A stretch of DNA of 64,000 bases. Source: Sphingomonadales bacterium. GTDB lineage: Bacteria; Pseudomonadota; Alphaproteobacteria; Sphingomonadales; Sphingomonadaceae. Where the stretch lies: positions 41,553 through 105,552 of the forward strand of contig JBBRVR010000001.1 in the NCBI GenBank assembly GCA_038246695.1, given 5' to 3'. A program made the position numbers and the translations under genes. Under the pieces are notes generated by a model, which was not told the DNA's origin, searched no databases, and saw only the letters and a list, made by a program, of their open reading frames with translations. The first letter of the stretch is position 1. Every line of letters starts with the position of its first letter. Shown here piece after piece: positions 38,211 through 46,849 of this stretch.

Positions 38211-39434
38211 TTAACGGTTTGACCACGGCCCCTGGACATAGTCCGGTATGCTTGAAGCGGGCACCGGGCGATCGAGGAAATAGGGCAGCAACAACGAAAA
38301 ATAGATGCGCTGACCATAATTGTTGGGGTGGTGCATGTAATCGCCGGTCAGGTGATAATAGGGTTCTTGCGTTGGCGACGCCTCGGCGAAAGCGCGGCCG
38401 ATGTCGATGAACGGGACATCCAGTCGCACCGCCACTTCGGCGATCTTCTCATTGTAGGCCACCGTATCGGCTGGCACTTCCTCCACCCAAAGCGGGTTTT
38501 GCTGGAAGAAGCCCACCAACAGCACGCTTGCCCCATTCGACTGCGCGGTTCTGGCGAGCGCTTCCAGCCCCTCGCCAAAGGCCTGCAGGCCAGCGGGCCC
38601 GGCGACGTGATCGTTCATGCCTACCGCGATGATGACGACATCGGGCGCAGCACCGCGCTGTATGGCGGATGCCTTGCGAATATCGTCGATGCGGCCCCCT
38701 CCGAGCGAGGCATTGGTCACGGTAGCAGATTGGCCGAGGATCGAGCGCAAGTGCCCGCACCAGCTTTGCCCGTCTGTGCCCTCCACATAGTTTTCGACCG
38801 TGTGCGCGCCAGCGGTGATGCTGTCGCCAAGGCATAGGACCGAGGCGATATTCCTGCGGATTGCACGGGCGGGGATGTTCGCGTCCTCTACGTGCGCCTC
38901 GTAATCGAAATAGGTCACATAACTCAGACTTAGGCCGGGATTGCGCGGTTCGGACCTGAACCAGAAAGTGGAGTTCCCGCGATAATCGGTCTGGCAACGC
39001 TCACCGCCGACCGGGCAGCGCTGGATCGCGCGCGCGCACTCGGCGGAAAGCAGCGACCGCTCACATGGCGTCTGAGGGGAATAGGAATAATCGTCAAAGT
39101 CGGGCACCCTTGAGCCGCGCGGGCGAGCAATGCCTGTCGGGGTGACGACCAGATCTTTGTCGATGTCGTAATCGATCCGGCGACCATCCTCGGTAAAGCT
39201 GTAAGCAGCGCGCATCTTGCGGATCGGATGCAGGAGGGGCTGCGCGCTGGTTCCGCGCAAAATGCGAGCCTCTCCGCGGATCAGCGTGGACGCGCCCGGT
39301 GGTGTTGCGGTGACGGCGGGCGCGGGCACGGGCGATTCAAGCGCGGGATCCGGCGCGGCCACGTCGGCCCCTCCGCCCGAACACCCGGTCACTGCAATCA
39401 AAGCCGCCAACAGCAGCGCGATCCACCGGATCAT
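38211..39434 (-). CDS. SGNH/GDSL hydrolase-family lipoprotein
   Basis: The lipobox is in MIRWIALLLAALIAVTGCSGG. SGNH block I is VLCLGDSITAG, block III is VIIAVGMNDH and block V is GDYMHHPN. Confidence 0.75.
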   Translation of the reverse strand: MIRWIALLLAALIAVTGCSGGGADVAAPDPALESPVPAPAVTATPPGASTLIRGEARILRGTSAQPLLHPIRKMRAAYSFTEDGRRIDYDIDKDLVVTPTGIARPRGSRVPDFDDYSYSPQTPCERSLLSAECARAIQRCPVGGERCQTDYRGNSTFWFRSEPRNPGLSLSYVTYFDYEAHVEDANIPARAIRRNIASVLCLGDSITAGAHTVENYVEGTDGQSWCGHLRSILGQSATVTNASLGGGRIDDIRKASAIQRGAAPDVVIIAVGMNDHVAGPAGLQAFGEGLEALARTAQSNGASVLLVGFFQQNPLWVEEVPADTVAYNEKIAEVAVRLDVPFIDIGRAFAEASPTQEPYYHLTGDYMHHPNNYGQRIYFSLLLPYFLDRPVPASSIPDYVQGPWSNR

Positions 39435-40027
39435 TCGCTGAATTCTCCAGCGGCGTCAGTCCGGTACCAGCCCTCGCGAGCTGTGCAATACCGCTTGACG
39501 ATGCGCGCGGGCGCTCCGGCGGCGATGCACAGATCGGGGATGTCGCGCGTCACCACGCGGTTTGCGGCGATCACGCAGTGCCGCCCGATCCGCGCGCCCG
39601 ATATGCAGACATTTTCGCCCACCCAGCTGCCATCGCCGATGGTGACCTCTGCCAGCTGCATATGCCCCTGATCGCGCACCGGGACATCGGGGTCTTCGAA
39701 TGTGTGGCGATTATCCGATACGAACAATCGGTCGGCGGTCAGCACCCCGACGCCAAACTCGACGCGCCGGGTTGCGACGATGTGCGCATGATTGCCGATC
39801 ATCGTGCGCGCGCCGATTCTGAGCACGGGGTCTGCGGCATGCTCCTTTAGCACGGCGATATAGGCTCCATACTGCAGCACGCTGTCATCGCCGAATTCGC
39901 AATAACGCGCGCCGAAAATGCGCAATGGCCGCACGATCCGCACGCCCCTGCCCATGCGCCCGAAAAACGGCGCAAGCATCCGGTAGAACAGGATCGAAAT
40001 GTAATCGCGAATGCGAAAATGCAGCAT
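39431..40027 (-). CDS. Hexapeptide-repeat acetyltransferase (WcaF/colanic-acid type)
   Basis: The repeats are VTIGDGSWVGENVCISGARIGRHCVIAANRVVTRDIPDLCIAAGAPARIV. There is an ATGA overlap with the SGNH gene. Confidence 0.75.
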   Translation of the reverse strand: MLHFRIRDYISILFYRMLAPFFGRMGRGVRIVRPLRIFGARYCEFGDDSVLQYGAYIAVLKEHAADPVLRIGARTMIGNHAHIVATRRVEFGVGVLTADRLFVSDNRHTFEDPDVPVRDQGHMQLAEVTIGDGSWVGENVCISGARIGRHCVIAANRVVTRDIPDLCIAAGAPARIVKRYCTAREGWYRTDAAGEFSE

Positions 40028-40123
40028 TGAAAAGCGCCGTGTTAGCTTGAGGCAGCGCGCCTACACTCTTGGGCTACGAGCATCAAGCGCGCGGCAATGG
40101 CAAACGGCCTGCAGCCGGGCTGT

Positions 40124-41365
40124 TCAATTGCGTGTAAACAGCAGGAATTCGCGGTGACGCCGGGTCAGCTGCCACCACCCCGTAACCAGCAGTACTGCCA
40201 TCAACCCGCTCACCGCACTGCGCAGGATGATTACGCCATCCAGAGAGAAGACATCGCCCGCCAACCACGCTGCGCCAAACGCCAGTCCGGTCACCACCAC
40301 GCTCGCGCCATAGGCGATCATGTACCAGGTGTAATCGATCACGACGTTGAACGCGATCGCGAACGGACCCGCCATCGCCAGCGCCATCGCCCCAGGTGCA
40401 ATCAGATAAACCCAGCGCAGATCCGGCAGATAAGCAGGCAATACCCACCCAAGCAACAGCGGCGCAATCAGCCACAGCGCCACGACCGTCACAACGCAAT
40501 ACCCGAAATTGAGCAGCAGCAACCGGCGCATCTCGATCGTCAGCAACCGATAATCGCGCGCTTTCCATGCTCTTACGATCGTGGGCAGAACAACCTGATC
40601 GAACAGCGTCGGCACGATCTGGAACAGCGTCAGGAACAGGAATGCGAGGTACAGGTGCCCCAGTGCCTCCAGCCCAAGCTCGCCTGAAACATACCAGCGT
40701 TCCAGCTGGCTGTTGAGCTGCACCGCCAGCCCGGTCAGGAACAACACGAAGCCAGCGCGGTAGATCACCTGCAGGATGCGGCGCGAAACCTGCATCCGCC
40801 GGGGCCGCAGGACCGCGCCCGATGCCAGCGCCAGCAGCACAAACACCACCGGCTGCGCCGTGATCGAAATCACTCCGATCAGCACCGGATCAAGCCAGTA
40901 CAGCCCAAGCAAAGCCAGCGACACCGCCATCGACAGCGAATTGATAAGGTTGGCCGCGCGCAGCTTTCCGGCGGCGACCATTTCATTCAGCATCCATGAT
41001 CGCAGAAGCGTGCAGATCCCTGCCAGCCCGGACAGCGCAGCAGCGAAACGGAACAACGCCGTGTCAAGCTGGCTCATCACCAGAATAACGCCGATCGCGA
41101 TCACCACCGCAACCACCCCGAAGACGGAGTATGCGAGATTTACAATCCGCTGGCGATAATCCGGCCCAGCATGGCAAAGCAGCCGATAGCCACCGTTGAG
41201 CAGGCCGAAATGCAGCATCCCGGCAAACAGGATCACCGATTGCATCAGTGCGATCAGTCCCAGCCCGGTGTAATCGAGCAGGCCCATCAGCAGTATGCCG
41301 CGCACCAGCAACAGCACGTTGATCACAACGCCGGTGAACACGAAGGTGCCGCGCGAATTCATCAT
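40124..41365 (-). CDS. wzx: Wzx-type polysaccharide flippase (MOP superfamily)
   Basis: 413 aa with about 12 TM segments and the typical loose Wzx composition. It is placed inside the glycan operon. Confidence 0.65.
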   Translation of the reverse strand: MMNSRGTFVFTGVVINVLLLVRGILLMGLLDYTGLGLIALMQSVILFAGMLHFGLLNGGYRLLCHAGPDYRQRIVNLAYSVFGVVAVVIAIGVILVMSQLDTALFRFAAALSGLAGICTLLRSWMLNEMVAAGKLRAANLINSLSMAVSLALLGLYWLDPVLIGVISITAQPVVFVLLALASGAVLRPRRMQVSRRILQVIYRAGFVLFLTGLAVQLNSQLERWYVSGELGLEALGHLYLAFLFLTLFQIVPTLFDQVVLPTIVRAWKARDYRLLTIEMRRLLLLNFGYCVVTVVALWLIAPLLLGWVLPAYLPDLRWVYLIAPGAMALAMAGPFAIAFNVVIDYTWYMIAYGASVVVTGLAFGAAWLAGDVFSLDGVIILRSAVSGLMAVLLVTGWWQLTRRHREFLLFTRN

Positions 41366-41419
41366 TCCAATGGCCCGGCGGCGCAGTTCAAAAGATGCAG
41401 TGTGGCGCGCATGGCCCGA

Positions 41420-42295
41420 TTAGGCCTGCAGGATCGCATCCAGATAGGCACCTGGCAAATCGGGCCGGATGAGCCGCGCCGCAGCGGCCGCCTGCTGCCG
41501 GCTGCTCGCCAGCGGCTCGACCATCCCGGTGTAGGGGGCATCGGTGTTGAAGGTGACAAATACTGCGGTGCGCGGGCGGCTGCAGCGGCTGCCATAATGG
41601 TAACACGTCGCGGGATCCATCAGGATCGCCGTGCCCGCCTTGCCATAGACAATTTCGTGACGGTCATGGCCGATTTCGGCGGCAATCTGGTCGTCGGTCA
41701 GCCGGCGGATGATCGGCGAGCGTTTGACCCGGCGGCTGGTTTGCTTGTCGACAAATCCGAAAGGGCCGTCCCGCTCATCCTCGACATCGCTCAGATACAT
41801 CACGAAATGCAGCGATTTGCTGTCTCCGTAATCGCGGTGCCAGTGCTGGCTGGCGCGCAGGGGGCCATCGGTGGGGAAGGAATGCAACACCTGAATGCTG
41901 TCGAACCGGAATGCTCCATCAAAATAGGCCTGCGCCGCGCCGAGCACTTCATCGGACAGTGCAAACCTGAACAGCGGGTTATCAGCGTTGAAATCACCCG
42001 CTCGTGCGATATTCTCGAACGGATGGCCCGCATGGCGCGGGACTACGGCCTCGGTGCGCGGCAGATAGAGCGCGCGAATGGCATCCAGTGCTGCGGGATC
42101 GAGCGGTTGTGCGCGGCAATATCCATCGCGCTGCAAGTGTTCGAGACGCACGGGATCGAACGGCAGTGCGCCGGGCGGCAAAATAGGCGCGGCGTGGGAG
42201 CGTGTGATCCGGTTTCTGACCTTCCCAAGCTTGCGCACCGGCACCAGTCGCCAGCGCAGGAACGAAGCCGTCTCGCGGATATATGCGGTTGCCAT
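41420..42295 (-). CDS. PhyH-like Fe(II)/2-oxoglutarate dioxygenase candidate
   Basis: 291 aa. It has QHWHRDYGD (HxD facial-triad motif), a later ILMDPATCYHYGSR, and a jelly-roll-like size. Confidence 0.5.
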   Translation of the reverse strand: MATAYIRETASFLRWRLVPVRKLGKVRNRITRSHAAPILPPGALPFDPVRLEHLQRDGYCRAQPLDPAALDAIRALYLPRTEAVVPRHAGHPFENIARAGDFNADNPLFRFALSDEVLGAAQAYFDGAFRFDSIQVLHSFPTDGPLRASQHWHRDYGDSKSLHFVMYLSDVEDERDGPFGFVDKQTSRRVKRSPIIRRLTDDQIAAEIGHDRHEIVYGKAGTAILMDPATCYHYGSRCSRPRTAVFVTFNTDAPYTGMVEPLASSRQQAAAAARLIRPDLPGAYLDAILQA

Positions 42296-42311
42296 AGCCT
42301 AGTTTTTCCCT

Positions 42312-42842
42312 TCAGCCTGCGACCCAGGCGTCATTCGGCACTTCGGTCCCGATCCGTTTGACCGGAACGCCAACATAGGTTCCCGGCTCCAGAATGGAAC
42401 GATTGACCATCGACATCGCCCCGATCACCACATTGTCGCAAATGTCAATTGGACCGATCACCACGCTGTTGGCCCCGATCACGACATTATCGCCCAGCCT
42501 GAACACGTCGCCAGTCGCATGGCGCGCAAGATAGGCGGGGTTATCGGGAGCCGGCCCGACGAATTTGACTCCGGCCATTATCGCCACCCTGCCACTGGAA
42601 ACGATGCCGTTGCCGCCCAGCAGGACGCCTGCGGGATGCGAAATCTTGAGTTCGCGCACTTTCACCCGGTAGGATGTCACATCCAGTGAGAAGCGCCAAA
42701 GCAAGGTCCGGTCAAGCATCATCGCCAGGAACCGCCCAAACAGCGGGACGCGCGTGTGGCACCAAGTAGAACAGCGCATCGTCAGGCGAATATTGGGTTC
42801 GATGAACCACAACGTATGCAGCAGGCGTTTCATTGGCGACAT
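42312..42842 (-). CDS. Hexapeptide-repeat acyltransferase (CysE/serine-acetyltransferase-like)
   Basis: ORF 42312..43064; ATG 42842 (MSPMKRLL). The repeats are GDNVVIGANSVVIGPIDICDNVVIGAMSMVNRSILEPGTYVGVP. Confidence 0.65.
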   Translation of the reverse strand: MSPMKRLLHTLWFIEPNIRLTMRCSTWCHTRVPLFGRFLAMMLDRTLLWRFSLDVTSYRVKVRELKISHPAGVLLGGNGIVSSGRVAIMAGVKFVGPAPDNPAYLARHATGDVFRLGDNVVIGANSVVIGPIDICDNVVIGAMSMVNRSILEPGTYVGVPVKRIGTEVPNDAWVAG

Positions 42843-44230
42843 CCCAAGGAGGCCGCAGCCTCTGCGGAAACTAGGCCCGCGCCGACGGCGACCGCATCGC
42901 AGATGCGGGCGATGTTTTCGGGCGAGTACAGACCTGCATGGGGGAAGGGATTTCCGGGAAAGGAGTTTTCGACCATCGCAGCCACATAGCCGCGCGCATG
43001 TGCCGGGTCGACCTGCTCCAAATCCGCAATCGGAGTACGCATCGCCTCGCGCAGTTGTGGCCACGTTTCAATCATCCGGATGCCGGGCAGCGCATCGTAA
43101 AAACATTCACCCAGCACGCTTACGCTTTTGCCCAGCAGCCCGGCCTCCCAGCCAACCGTGCTTGCAAGCGTGACCACTCGTTCGCACCGTGCGAGCACCA
43201 CGCGACCGGGCACCTCGGCTGGAAGGAACCGCAAGGCTGAATGACTGTCGCGCAGCTCGCGGAACTTGCGTCGCAGCAGCGCACCCTTGTCGACCGGGTG
43301 CTCTTTCACGACCAGTAGCTGATGGGGCCCGAGGCATTTAAGGATGTTCTCGATCGTCGCGACCTGATTGGCATTGAACTCGCTCATGTAATTGAGCGTC
43401 GCCTCAGGCTCCTGATGCAACGGGTAGAAAACGATCTCGGTTGTTTTGGGGATTGCCTCCAGAGTGTCGTACTGGCGCAGGAAGCTGGCGACGAAAACCT
43501 CGATCCGTTTTCCATATTCTTCGCTGTAGGTTTCGTACCGGAACAGCCCTTTGCGACTGGCGCGGTCGCGCCACCACCATTGCAATGACTTGACCACGCC
43601 AACAGCTAGCGGTTTGAGCGCGCGGCGGCTCGCAAGGTTGCGGACGTAAAACGGCTGAAAATCTTTTTGCAGCAATTCATCGACATAGCGGTCGGCTGCG
43701 GCAATGGCATCTGGGCCAGGAACGGGAAAGTCATAGGTGCGCCCAGACAGCGTCATGGGATCGGGCAGCCAGTAAAACAGATCCTGCACCACATTGTGCA
43801 TTGCGGCGAGATAACGGATGCTGCGCGCCCGGCACTCTATCAGCAGCACCTCGGAGATCTCTATCGCCACCAGTTCATTGAGAACGGCCATCGGTTGATA
43901 TCGATCAAGAAGGCCGCGCCAGAATGCGATGGCCTTGCCAAGGATTTCGATGCGCCGTTCATGATCATAACGCCCAAGAAAGCGTTCAGCAACAAACGAG
44001 CGGTAGAGGTAGTTTTCCGGCACCTGAGCGGGAGCGATTGTGGCGAAGTCATCCTCGAAACACGCGGTGACATACTGCCCTGCGGCCCGCACCCGGTTCG
44101 CTTCCTCGCGCGTCAACGTGACGAAAATGGTGTCGTAGCGATCATCGATGAGGTGGGGGAAGAATTCAGCCTGATATCCTCTGGCAAAGCAAAGGATGAT
44201 CGGCTTGCCGGACCTGGCGGGCTCGCTCAT
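42830..44230 (-). CDS. Hypothetical protein, candidate capsule-synthesis (KpsS/KpsC-like) glycosyltransferase
   Basis: 466 aa. The sequences IVFYPLHQEPEATLNY and LLVVKEHP...VVTLASTVGWEAGLLGKSVSVLG resemble the Capsule_synth family layout. This is a tentative call from memory. Confidence 0.35.
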   Translation of the reverse strand: MSEPARSGKPIILCFARGYQAEFFPHLIDDRYDTIFVTLTREEANRVRAAGQYVTACFEDDFATIAPAQVPENYLYRSFVAERFLGRYDHERRIEILGKAIAFWRGLLDRYQPMAVLNELVAIEISEVLLIECRARSIRYLAAMHNVVQDLFYWLPDPMTLSGRTYDFPVPGPDAIAAADRYVDELLQKDFQPFYVRNLASRRALKPLAVGVVKSLQWWWRDRASRKGLFRYETYSEEYGKRIEVFVASFLRQYDTLEAIPKTTEIVFYPLHQEPEATLNYMSEFNANQVATIENILKCLGPHQLLVVKEHPVDKGALLRRKFRELRDSHSALRFLPAEVPGRVVLARCERVVTLASTVGWEAGLLGKSVSVLGECFYDALPGIRMIETWPQLREAMRTPIADLEQVDPAHARGYVAAMVENSFPGNPFPHAGLYSPENIARICDAVAVGAGLVSAEAAASLGCRQ

Positions 44231-45474
44231 AGCGGATACCCCTTGCCGATGGTGATGTAGCCATGCCCGGTCCCGCGATCGAGCGGGGCATGCGCGTCAA
44301 AGCTCAGCGCGGCTTCTACAGCGGCACGGTCCTCGGCTCCCGGATCGCTGGCCACACGGCGTTCAAAGCGGTTGGGCTGCACCTCTTCCCAGATTGCCGG
44401 ATTGCGGTGCTGGTCGATGATGAAATCGAGCCCGCCGCGCGTCACCCCCAGCCATTCCTCGAACAATTTGCGATGCACCGGCGGCTGCACTTCGTAATGC
44501 GCGACCAGCGCCTGCGCGCCCTTGCGCGTCAGGCGTCCGTGACGGATTTCGCGGCAGGCGTGGTCGGTCACCTTGGAATATCCGTGCTTCACCAGCTTCA
44601 GGTGATCGTGCAGATCCATGTAATTGTAGCAATCGACGTAATCATAGGTGCCGAACGTGCGGGCGAACCGCGCGCCCTGATAGCCGTGGGTGGCGACCAT
44701 CTGTTCGTGCTGCGCCTTGGGATCCCAGCGGATGTAATTGCCCAGATAAATGCCGCGCACGCCCACTTGCGCCAGATCGGCATCGTCGGGATAGCGGAAC
44801 TGCCACACGTCTTCTTCGCGCAGCGTATCGAAAAGCGACAGCAGATCGTCCGCCTCATGCCCCATCAGATCGTGGTCGCGGCGATAGCGGCGGGTCATTT
44901 CGACCTCGTGTCCGTGGCTGAACATGCCGACCTGCTCAAGCCCCTGATGCGCGCCCCAGATGATCAGCGGCACTTTGTACCGCACGGCGGTCTGCACCGG
45001 GAACACCGTCTGCCCGGCAAGGCACGGCCAGTGCAGACTGCCAAACATGCGCAAGGTGGTGCGCGTGATGTTCTTGATCGAGACCGGATTGACGTTCTGG
45101 ATCAGGATGTCGCAATCGAACTTGATCCGCAGATTGGCGAGATTACGGATGCCCAGCGGCGTGTTGAAATACTTGTTGTAGGTGACCAGCAGCGGGTTGA
45201 GGCCGAGCTGTTCTTTCACCACGTGCACGATGAAATGCGAATCCTGCCCGCCTGTGACCGGCACGATGCAATCGTAATTGCGAGGATCCTTTGCGCGGTA
45301 GGGATCAACGATGCGTTTGAGCGTCTCGAACCGCTCGGCAAAATCGAGCCGGTCCTTCTCCTCGTGGATGCGGCAGCCCGAACAGATGCCCTCATCATCG
45401 ATCACCAGACCCAGCGCATGGCGTGACGTGTAGAGGCAGCGGCTACAGCTTTGTTCGGGAGCGGAAATGTTCAT
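44227..45474 (-). CDS. N-acetyl sugar amidotransferase (WbpG/PseA family, PP-loop ATP pyrophosphatase), paralogue 2
   Basis: It has an N-terminal Cys4 motif (CSRCLY...CSGCRIHEEK) and the PP-loop VPVTGGQDS. There are ATGA overlaps with the hisF-like gene upstream and the next gene downstream. Confidence 0.85.
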   Translation of the reverse strand: MNISAPEQSCSRCLYTSRHALGLVIDDEGICSGCRIHEEKDRLDFAERFETLKRIVDPYRAKDPRNYDCIVPVTGGQDSHFIVHVVKEQLGLNPLLVTYNKYFNTPLGIRNLANLRIKFDCDILIQNVNPVSIKNITRTTLRMFGSLHWPCLAGQTVFPVQTAVRYKVPLIIWGAHQGLEQVGMFSHGHEVEMTRRYRRDHDLMGHEADDLLSLFDTLREEDVWQFRYPDDADLAQVGVRGIYLGNYIRWDPKAQHEQMVATHGYQGARFARTFGTYDYVDCYNYMDLHDHLKLVKHGYSKVTDHACREIRHGRLTRKGAQALVAHYEVQPPVHRKLFEEWLGVTRGGLDFIIDQHRNPAIWEEVQPNRFERRVASDPGAEDRAAVEAALSFDAHAPLDRGTGHGYITIGKGYPL

Positions 45475-46244
45475 GAATACACCGTGCGATTGTAGTGCGC
45501 AGGCCGCACCGGCACATCGAACAGCGCCTCTTTATAGGCTTGCACCGCATGTTCGCGATAGCTGAGGAAATTGCCGACCGCGATGGCGACGATCGCGTCC
45601 CGTTTCAGCAGGCCTTTCATCGCCTGCGTATCGGAAATGCCGCCAAACGCGATCAGCGGGACATTGTCCGCCAGCCCGCAGTCAAGGATCGCGGGATCGA
45701 ATGCGCCGGGATGTCCTTCGTGTGCGTGGTCGATCAGCAGCGCCTCGGATACAGCGCCCTCGTTCAGCAGTGCAATCACTTCGGGCGAGAGGGGGGCGTC
45801 GCGCCCGATGCGATAATCGCGCCACAGCACCGCGCCGTCCACGACGCTCAGCGGCAGGGCCGCGATCACCGCCTGCGCGCCGAGCAGATAGCCCATCTGC
45901 GCAACCGCATCGGGATTATCGTGCAGCAGTGCATCGACGCACACCCGGTCGGCCCCGATATTGACGCTGGCACGGGCATCGTTTGCGTTGCGGATGCCGC
46001 CCGAATAGATCAGCGGCGTCGCAATACCCAGCCTTGCCACGCGGTCGAGCAGGTCGAAATCGGGGCCGATATCGCCGCCACTGCGATCAATACATTGCAG
46101 CATGATTTCATCCGCGCCCCAGCGATCGAGGTTTTGCACCAGCACTTCGGGCCGGCCCAGCGGAAGGTAACGGCCATAGCCGAACGATTGCACCGCCCAG
46201 CCACCGCGCACCGTGACCACTCCGACAAGGCGTTTCTTGATCAT
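45471..46244 (-). CDS. hisF: Imidazole glycerol phosphate synthase cyclase-subunit paralogue (HisF/WbuZ type)
   Basis: The sequence is MIKKRLVGVVTVRGGWAVQSFGY...GADEIMLQCIDRSG...IYSGGIRN...LIAFGGISD. ATG 46244 overlaps the hisH TGA; GTG 46250 is an alternative start. Confidence 0.85.
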   Translation of the reverse strand: MIKKRLVGVVTVRGGWAVQSFGYGRYLPLGRPEVLVQNLDRWGADEIMLQCIDRSGGDIGPDFDLLDRVARLGIATPLIYSGGIRNANDARASVNIGADRVCVDALLHDNPDAVAQMGYLLGAQAVIAALPLSVVDGAVLWRDYRIGRDAPLSPEVIALLNEGAVSEALLIDHAHEGHPGAFDPAILDCGLADNVPLIAFGGISDTQAMKGLLKRDAIVAIAVGNFLSYREHAVQAYKEALFDVPVRPAHYNRTVYS

Positions 46245-46849
46245 GGGCACAGCCCCTCTACCAGCGTGCGCAACAGCGCCTGGCCGGCATCCTGGCTTTT
46301 TTCAGGGTGGAACTGCATCCCCACCAGATTTCCACGCCGCACCCCTACCGGGAACCGCGTATCGGTGCGCGCGGCATAGACGCGGTATTCTTGCGGAGCG
46401 TCAAAGATGAAGCTGTGGTTGAAATACATCGCCATCCCGTCGCATTGCGCAAACAGCGGATCATCGCCAACATGCTCGATCGCGTTCCAGCCAATGTGCC
46501 AACCACCGCCGGGAAACGGCACCACTTCGCCGGGGATCAGGCCGAGCCCTGCGGTAAGCCCGTGTTCGCGCGATTTTTCGGCCAGCAATTGCATCCCCAG
46601 GCACAGGCCCACAAATGGCTTTCCCCCGCGCGCCGACTGCCGCAGGTAATCGACCAGATCATGTGCGTGCAATTGCTCCATCGCTGCCGGGAATGATCCG
46701 ACACCGGGCAGCACGAGGATGTCGGTTTCATCGAGCTTGGCCGGATCGCTCGACACGCGGCAGCGGTAGCCCAGCCGGTGCAGTGCGCGCCATACGCTCG
46801 CCTGATTGCCCACGCCATAATCGACGATGCCGATGGTGCGCCGCTTCAC
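46241..46849 (-). CDS. hisH: Glutamine amidotransferase subunit (HisH/WbuY type)
   Basis: Supporting sequences are IGIVDYGVGNQASVWRAL, the catalytic Cys in GLCLGMQLL, and MQFHPEKS. The GTG start overlaps the upstream TGA. Confidence 0.85.
   Translation of the reverse strand: MKRRTIGIVDYGVGNQASVWRALHRLGYRCRVSSDPAKLDETDILVLPGVGSFPAAMEQLHAHDLVDYLRQSARGGKPFVGLCLGMQLLAEKSREHGLTAGLGLIPGEVVPFPGGGWHIGWNAIEHVGDDPLFAQCDGMAMYFNHSFIFDAPQEYRVYAARTDTRFPVGVRRGNLVGMQFHPEKSQDAGQALLRTLVEGLCP

Noticed and set aside
21700-40069. A recurring TGTAGG (minus-strand sense) upstream of several minus-strand transcription units, near 21700, 32889, 40062 and 60033, plus TATAGG near 59870.
   Set aside because: It is only a hexamer. 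Distances to the start codons vary from about 35 to 200 nt, and no consistent -35-like partner at fixed spacing was found. This is not distinguishable from chance by eye.
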